A stretch of DNA of 64,000 nt, taken from Macrostomum hystrix. Taxonomy: Eukaryota; Animalia; Platyhelminthes. Made by a program: the position numbers and the translations under genes. The stretch covers positions 14,260,001-14,324,000 of the forward strand of contig CATNEN010000039.1 of assembly GCA_950097015.1 (NCBI GenBank), in the 5' to 3' direction. This document shows, one piece after another, positions 59,527 to 64,000 of the stretch. The notes under the pieces were generated by a model that saw only the letters and a list, made by a program, of their open reading frames with translations, searched no databases and was not told the origin of the DNA. Positions within the stretch are counted from its first letter, which is position 1. Every line of letters begins with the position of its first letter.

Positions 59527-60199
59527 TTCGCATTGAACTGATTAACAAACTCAAACTGTGAGCTGGATGTAGCTTAACTTTCTGTAGTCTGTAAATTTCT
59601 ATTTATTATCTGTAAATACTCAATGCATTATTCAGTACAGTAGGTTGAATACTGGATCCTGACTGCTATGCTATTATTCTCTCTATTGCATTTATGAAAT
59701 CACATTTGGTCAATTTAAAGTTGTAGTTTTTTCTTGTAGTTTGCAAACTGAATGGCTCTACAAGTGCGTGGGTTATAGCATGGCGTCCAGAATCCGATAT
59801 TTCATATTTGCCTGTACCAAAAGCAAGTTATTAAAAAATTGCATTCCAATATTAAATTATTAATAAACTTAAAATAATTCTTTGATTTCACCTTCTTTCA
59901 ATATACGCATTCTTCTACTGACTAAAAGCCATGTTCGAGAGTAGTAAAGTGCGTATTTGGCCAGGATCTGTGAAAAAAGCTTTCACAGTTCTAAAAGCTG
60001 CAGTGAAGCACTACAAGTATTTGTTAAAATCGATAAAAAGTGTTGATCATTAAATCACAAATTAATATTGTATTTCAGAGTAATCAGCTAACAAATCCGT
60101 GATAAACTTGTACATCAGTGATATAATTGTGAATTAGTGATGAAATTGTGAATCAGTGATATAATTGTGAATCAGTTATGCTCGTATAATTGTGAATCA

Positions 60200-60826
60200 G
60201 TAATCACATTGTTAATCAGCTATCACATTGCTAATCAGCTATCACATTGTTAATCAGCTATCACATTGTTAATCAGCTATCACATTGCTAATAAGCTATC
60301 ACATTGTTAATCAGCTATCACATTGTTAATCAGCTATCACATTGTTAATCAGCTATCACATTGTTAACCTGCTATCACATTGTTAATCTGCTATCACATT
60401 ATTAATCAGCTATCACATTGTTAATCAGCTATCACATTGTTAATCAGCTATCACATTGTTAATCAGCTATCACATTGTTAATCTGCTATCACATTGTTAA
60501 TCAGCTATCACATTGTTAACCTGCTATCACATTGTTAATCAGCTATCACATTGTTAATCTGCTATCACATTGTTAATCAGCTATCACATTGTTAATCTGC
60601 TATCACATTGTTAATCTGCTATCACATTGTTAATCAGCTATCACATTGTTAATCTGCTATCACATTGTTAATCAGCTATCACATTGTTAATCAGCTATCA
60701 CATTGTTAATCAGCTATCACATTGTTAATCAGCTATCACATTGTTAATCTGCTATCACATTGTTAATCAGCTATCACATTGTTAATCTGCTATCACATTG
60801 TTAATCAGCTATCACATTGCTAATCA
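60200..60826. repeat. 19-bp minisatellite (tcagctatcacattgttaa)n
   Basis: About 33 units, preceded by degenerate inverted-like units at 60100-60200. Confidence 0.96.
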
Positions 60827-61095
60827 AACATACGATATAAGTTATTAAACTAACTTGAAAACTTACTTAATTATTCGGTGAATTCGGTTCTCAAATTTTA
60901 ATTAACAGGTTTTAAAAAGGGAATAAAAAATGACCAATTTGTGAATCGCTGATGCTAAACGAATTCGGTCAAGTTGGAGCAAATTGATTTGTTTATTGCC
61001 TCGATTCCTCTATTATGGGCTATTATACTACTAGCAATCAGTTGGATAAAATTGAGTTTAAATTGCAATTTTCCAAGATTCGAATGACTGTTGCT

Positions 61096-61482
61096 CTAGA
61101 TCCCGTTAGCCTGAATTCTGGCCATAGAACTTTCCATCTTTGCGTCTAGTATGAGAATCCAGGCGGTTGTTAGGCAGACCAGCATGAACATGGCGCTAAT
61201 CACAATAGTCACAGTGAGCAAAATTGTTGAGTAGAATATCAGCTTCATCTTTGGCTTCTGAGTCTGGCTGCATCGGCTGGCATTGATGGTGCAGTTGAGT
61301 TCCCTGCTTGAGTCAGTCACCTGTTGTTGCATAATTTTAGGCCTTGTGCGATGAGAAAACTTTTTTCTATAAATGTGCTGGAGCCTTACCGGAGAATCCC
61401 TCGGTTTGGAAATATCTTTGAGCACTATTGCCGCGTCCAAGCGAACAATAACAAACAAAATTAGCAGAGCCTTGATTAGCAT
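61096..61482 (-). CDS. Small orphan type-I membrane protein (128 aa), putative
   Basis: ATG-initiated non-repetitive ORF with a signal-peptide-like MLIKALLILFVIVRLDA, sequons NCT and NAS, two Cys, a long hydrophobic segment LIFYSTILLTVTIVISAMFMLVCLTTAWILIL and a short tail. No homology recognised. Confidence 0.45.
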   Translation of the reverse strand: MLIKALLILFVIVRLDAAIVLKDISKPRDSPVRLQHIYRKKFSHRTRPKIMQQQVTDSSRELNCTINASRCSQTQKPKMKLIFYSTILLTVTIVISAMFMLVCLTTAWILILDAKMESSMARIQANGI

Positions 61483-61679
61483 TCCGAATTCACTTTACTG
61501 TTATATTTTTGAAAGCTTTGGTTTAAAAAAATGTTTTTTTCTTTCTCTTCTGGGTGGTCCTCAGTTTATGAAAACATATTCGGACTGCTAAGTCACATAG
61601 GCTGCGCGCTATGATCCAATCAGCATTCATAATTAACTTGCTTGCTATTCACAATAGAAGCACCAGACACAGGTCACAC

Positions 61680-62180
61680 CTAGACTCAAACAGATCACAC
61701 AATAATCAAAAACATCACACCAGACTCTAGACTCAAACAAGTCATACAAGACTAAAACAAATCATACTAGATTCAAACAAATCATACTAGACTCAAACAA
61801 ATCACACTAGACTCAAACAAATCATACTAGACTCAAACAAATCATACTAGACTCAAACAAGTCATACTAGACTCAAACAAGTCATACTAGACTCAAACAA
61901 GTCGTACAATACTCAAACAAGTCACACTAGACTCAAACAGATCACACTAGACTCAAACAGATCACACTAGACTCAAACAGATCACACTAGACTCAAACAG
62001 ATCACACTAGACTCAAACAGATCACACTAGACTCAAACAGATCACACTAGACTCAAACAGATCACACTAGACTCAAACAGATCACACTAGACTCAAACAA
62101 GTTACATTAGACTCAAAACTACACAAGACTCAAAACTACACAAGACTCAAAACTACACTACTCAAAACTACACTAGACTC
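61680..62180. repeat. 20-bp minisatellite (atcacactagactcaaacag)n
   Basis: Direct tandem repeat. Confidence 0.95.
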
Positions 62181-62451
62181 AATCATTTCTATCGAGAACA
62201 TGTCTAGGGACCCGCATAGAAGACCCGCACATTTCAACCTTAAAGAAAACAGTTCTTGTCTCCCGAATGCTCTGCAAAAATGGCCACTTCTCATCTTTCC
62301 TTTGCCACCATCTCCTAGAAGAGACAGCAGTCAGTCCTGCAAGAAAATACCGGTACCTAATTAACGCCAGTTCCGCCAGCTCTTCAGCTGTCGAATCGAT
62401 GTTGGAGTGGACGGAGCCGAGATCAGAAAATTCGTGTTTTTCAAATAATTC

Positions 62452-63695
62452 TACTTAAGCATCATGCGTGAAGTTATTATCGAAATCTAGCTACTTTAAG
62501 TAGTTCGTCAGCGAGTAGGATCGTCAGCACCAGTCCAGTAGTACCTGCCAGCCACATTCGACTTAGAGTTGTAGTAGAATCCACTAGGGTTGCAGTTTGA
62601 GCAGGATCTGAACCACTAGCCTCCGTTGCCACCTGTGCTCTGGGAGCAGAAACCGCTGTAGACATTGTTGTCCCTGTCCATTGTTGAGAACTGCATCCCC
62701 TTGTGGTAAACGAGCGAGTCGCTAGTCATGTTGGAGCTGTCAGTCAAATAGGTGTCAAAAGTCATTGTGTAGTTGGTGCCGGCAGTGCCAACGGAGAAGC
62801 CTGAGTACCCGCCGACGAACATGACTCCAGACTATGCAACAGCCTCCACTCTCAGCAGTCTTGTAGTCAGTTTTTGAATCGTCTGTAGACCTGAAAATAA
62901 TAACAAAGCTAGCTAGTAGTTTAATCCAAATTTTCTAGTAAATTCACGATCGACAGTAAAGCCAAATACAGTCGTCTTGATGACAGTCTGGATGGGTGGC
63001 AGAGCTGTTATCGCGCTTGCCTCTCGCACCAAGGTCCCTAGCTGTGCTCGATTCCGCGGCGAGGCCACATTTGTTTGAGGCGCAGCCGCAGAGAGAAGGC
63101 TTGGCCAAGGGGATTGTCGTGCAATATATCACCTTGAGGGCCAACCTTCAAAGCACAGTGAGAGTCTACACTGCCTGACGATGAGAAAGTCAGGGCAGAT
63201 GTACACACCTGTCTGAGTGTATGCCCGCGTACGGTATCTGTGTGTGTGTGCTCAGGAATCAGCGGAATGGGCAGAATTGCCTCGAAGATGGCTGCAGGTC
63301 TTCAGCCACCAAATGATGCGCCATTGCCCGCAGCCCTCATGCAATTATTTTTATTATGGTAGTCAAGCAAACGACAGCTAACTCACGACTAGTCGTTATG
63401 AAACTGAGCGTCAGTCTGCTCAATACCAGTCTTCTCAAGGACAGTCAAACGATGCGCTCACCACTCTGAACTCTAAAAGCTTCCCTTCCAGGAGCCACGG
63501 TGGAGAAGTCTGCGTATTTGTCAGCTGACATCAGGCAGAGCTTGGCGTCTGGTCGGATAGCGGTGGTAGCGCAGGCGGCGTTGCTGGAGTTGGTGGCTGA
63601 GGCGCACAGTAGTGCACAATGAGTCCCGGTATGACCTGGTGCCGATGCCATGACCGTAGCAACTCCGTTAGTAACCACTGGGCCGCTTGAGAAGA
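62452..63695 (-). pseudogene. PAN/apple-like + fibrinogen-related domain (FReD) pseudogene
   Basis: Exon 63695-63462 (HCALLCASA..CATTAI..LCLMS) is PAN-like. The exon from 62890 reads GLQTIQKLT.RLLRVEAVA*SG..YSGFSV..DSLVYHKGMQFSTMDRDNN..CS..GG*WFRSCSNCNPSGFY. In-frame TAGs at 62832-62834 and 62616-62618, a disrupted C-terminus, and no intact QRR..GFG..FWL exon. Confidence 0.75.
62990..63357 (+). mobile_element. SINE family A, full-length copy
   Basis: ggtggcagagctgttatcgcg...gctcgattccgcggcgaggccacattt...gcaattatttttattat, collinear with the 57945 copy. Confidence 0.85.
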
Positions 63696-63729
63696 CTGCA
63701 AAGATACTATGCTCATAATAATAATACAT

Positions 63730-63908
63730 GCAATAATTTGTAGTCACAGGGTGTCTGTGATCACGACGCAGCTGCTGGTCACGTACACGTACTGAAATAG
63801 TACACTGACTCTATGCCTTGGCTGATGCCTGCGCCTTAGTGTGGCCTTACCGCGGATTCGAGCTCATGGGCTTTGGTGCAAGAGTCAGACGTGTTTCCTG
63901 CTACCCCC
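63730..63908 (-). mobile_element. SINE family A, diverged and internally deleted copy
   Basis: tgtggccttaccgcggattcgagctca...ggtgcaagag matches the reverse complement of the family head. Confidence 0.5.
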
Positions 63909-64000
63909 TTCTTTACCTGTTACCATAACCCCTAACAGTAGAGAGAGCACGTCACTTTACCCCTGGGGAAAGACCACGGGGGTAGTTCCCTGCCTACTTC

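Overview
This is eukaryotic (animal) genomic DNA with GT-AG introns. GC-rich, CAG-rich exons and introns filled with minisatellites suggest an invertebrate such as a Macrostomum-type flatworm; that assignment is an inference and cannot be proven here. I hand-spliced six intact genes with phase-consistent exons. (1) A CCDC192-like coiled-coil gene with a possible myristoylation motif (minus, runs off the left edge). (2) Head-to-head with it, a J-domain/TPR/UBA/RRM TTC31-like gene (plus, 4240-17701), whose 49-nt first coding exon lies 8.2 kb upstream of the rest. (3) Rho kinase ROCK (minus). (4) eIF2B-gamma (minus). (5) Head-to-head with it, casein kinase 1 alpha (plus). (6) A two-domain phosphoethanolamine N-methyltransferase (plus) whose second domain appears to have lost its catalytic residues. 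There is also a PAN+fibrinogen pseudogene and a small orphan type-I membrane ORF. Non-coding DNA holds about 24 mostly different minisatellites, two tRNA-derived SINE families, several hAT- and TA-type MITEs, and a young 4.2-kb Foldback/MULE-like element with ~1.2-kb arms and a 9-bp TSD. The strongest leads are: a CpG-decay footprint confined to the promoter-proximal parts of housekeeping genes; its absence at ROCK, hinting at an eIF2B-gamma to ROCK operon; a PMT whose second domain may have decayed like nematode PMT-1; the giant intronic foldback packed with Tc1/mariner-like footprint motifs; and minisatellite unit lengths clustering near 2 and 3 helical turns. Most long ORFs in the supplied track are tandem-repeat artefacts. 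All counts were done by eye and are approximate.
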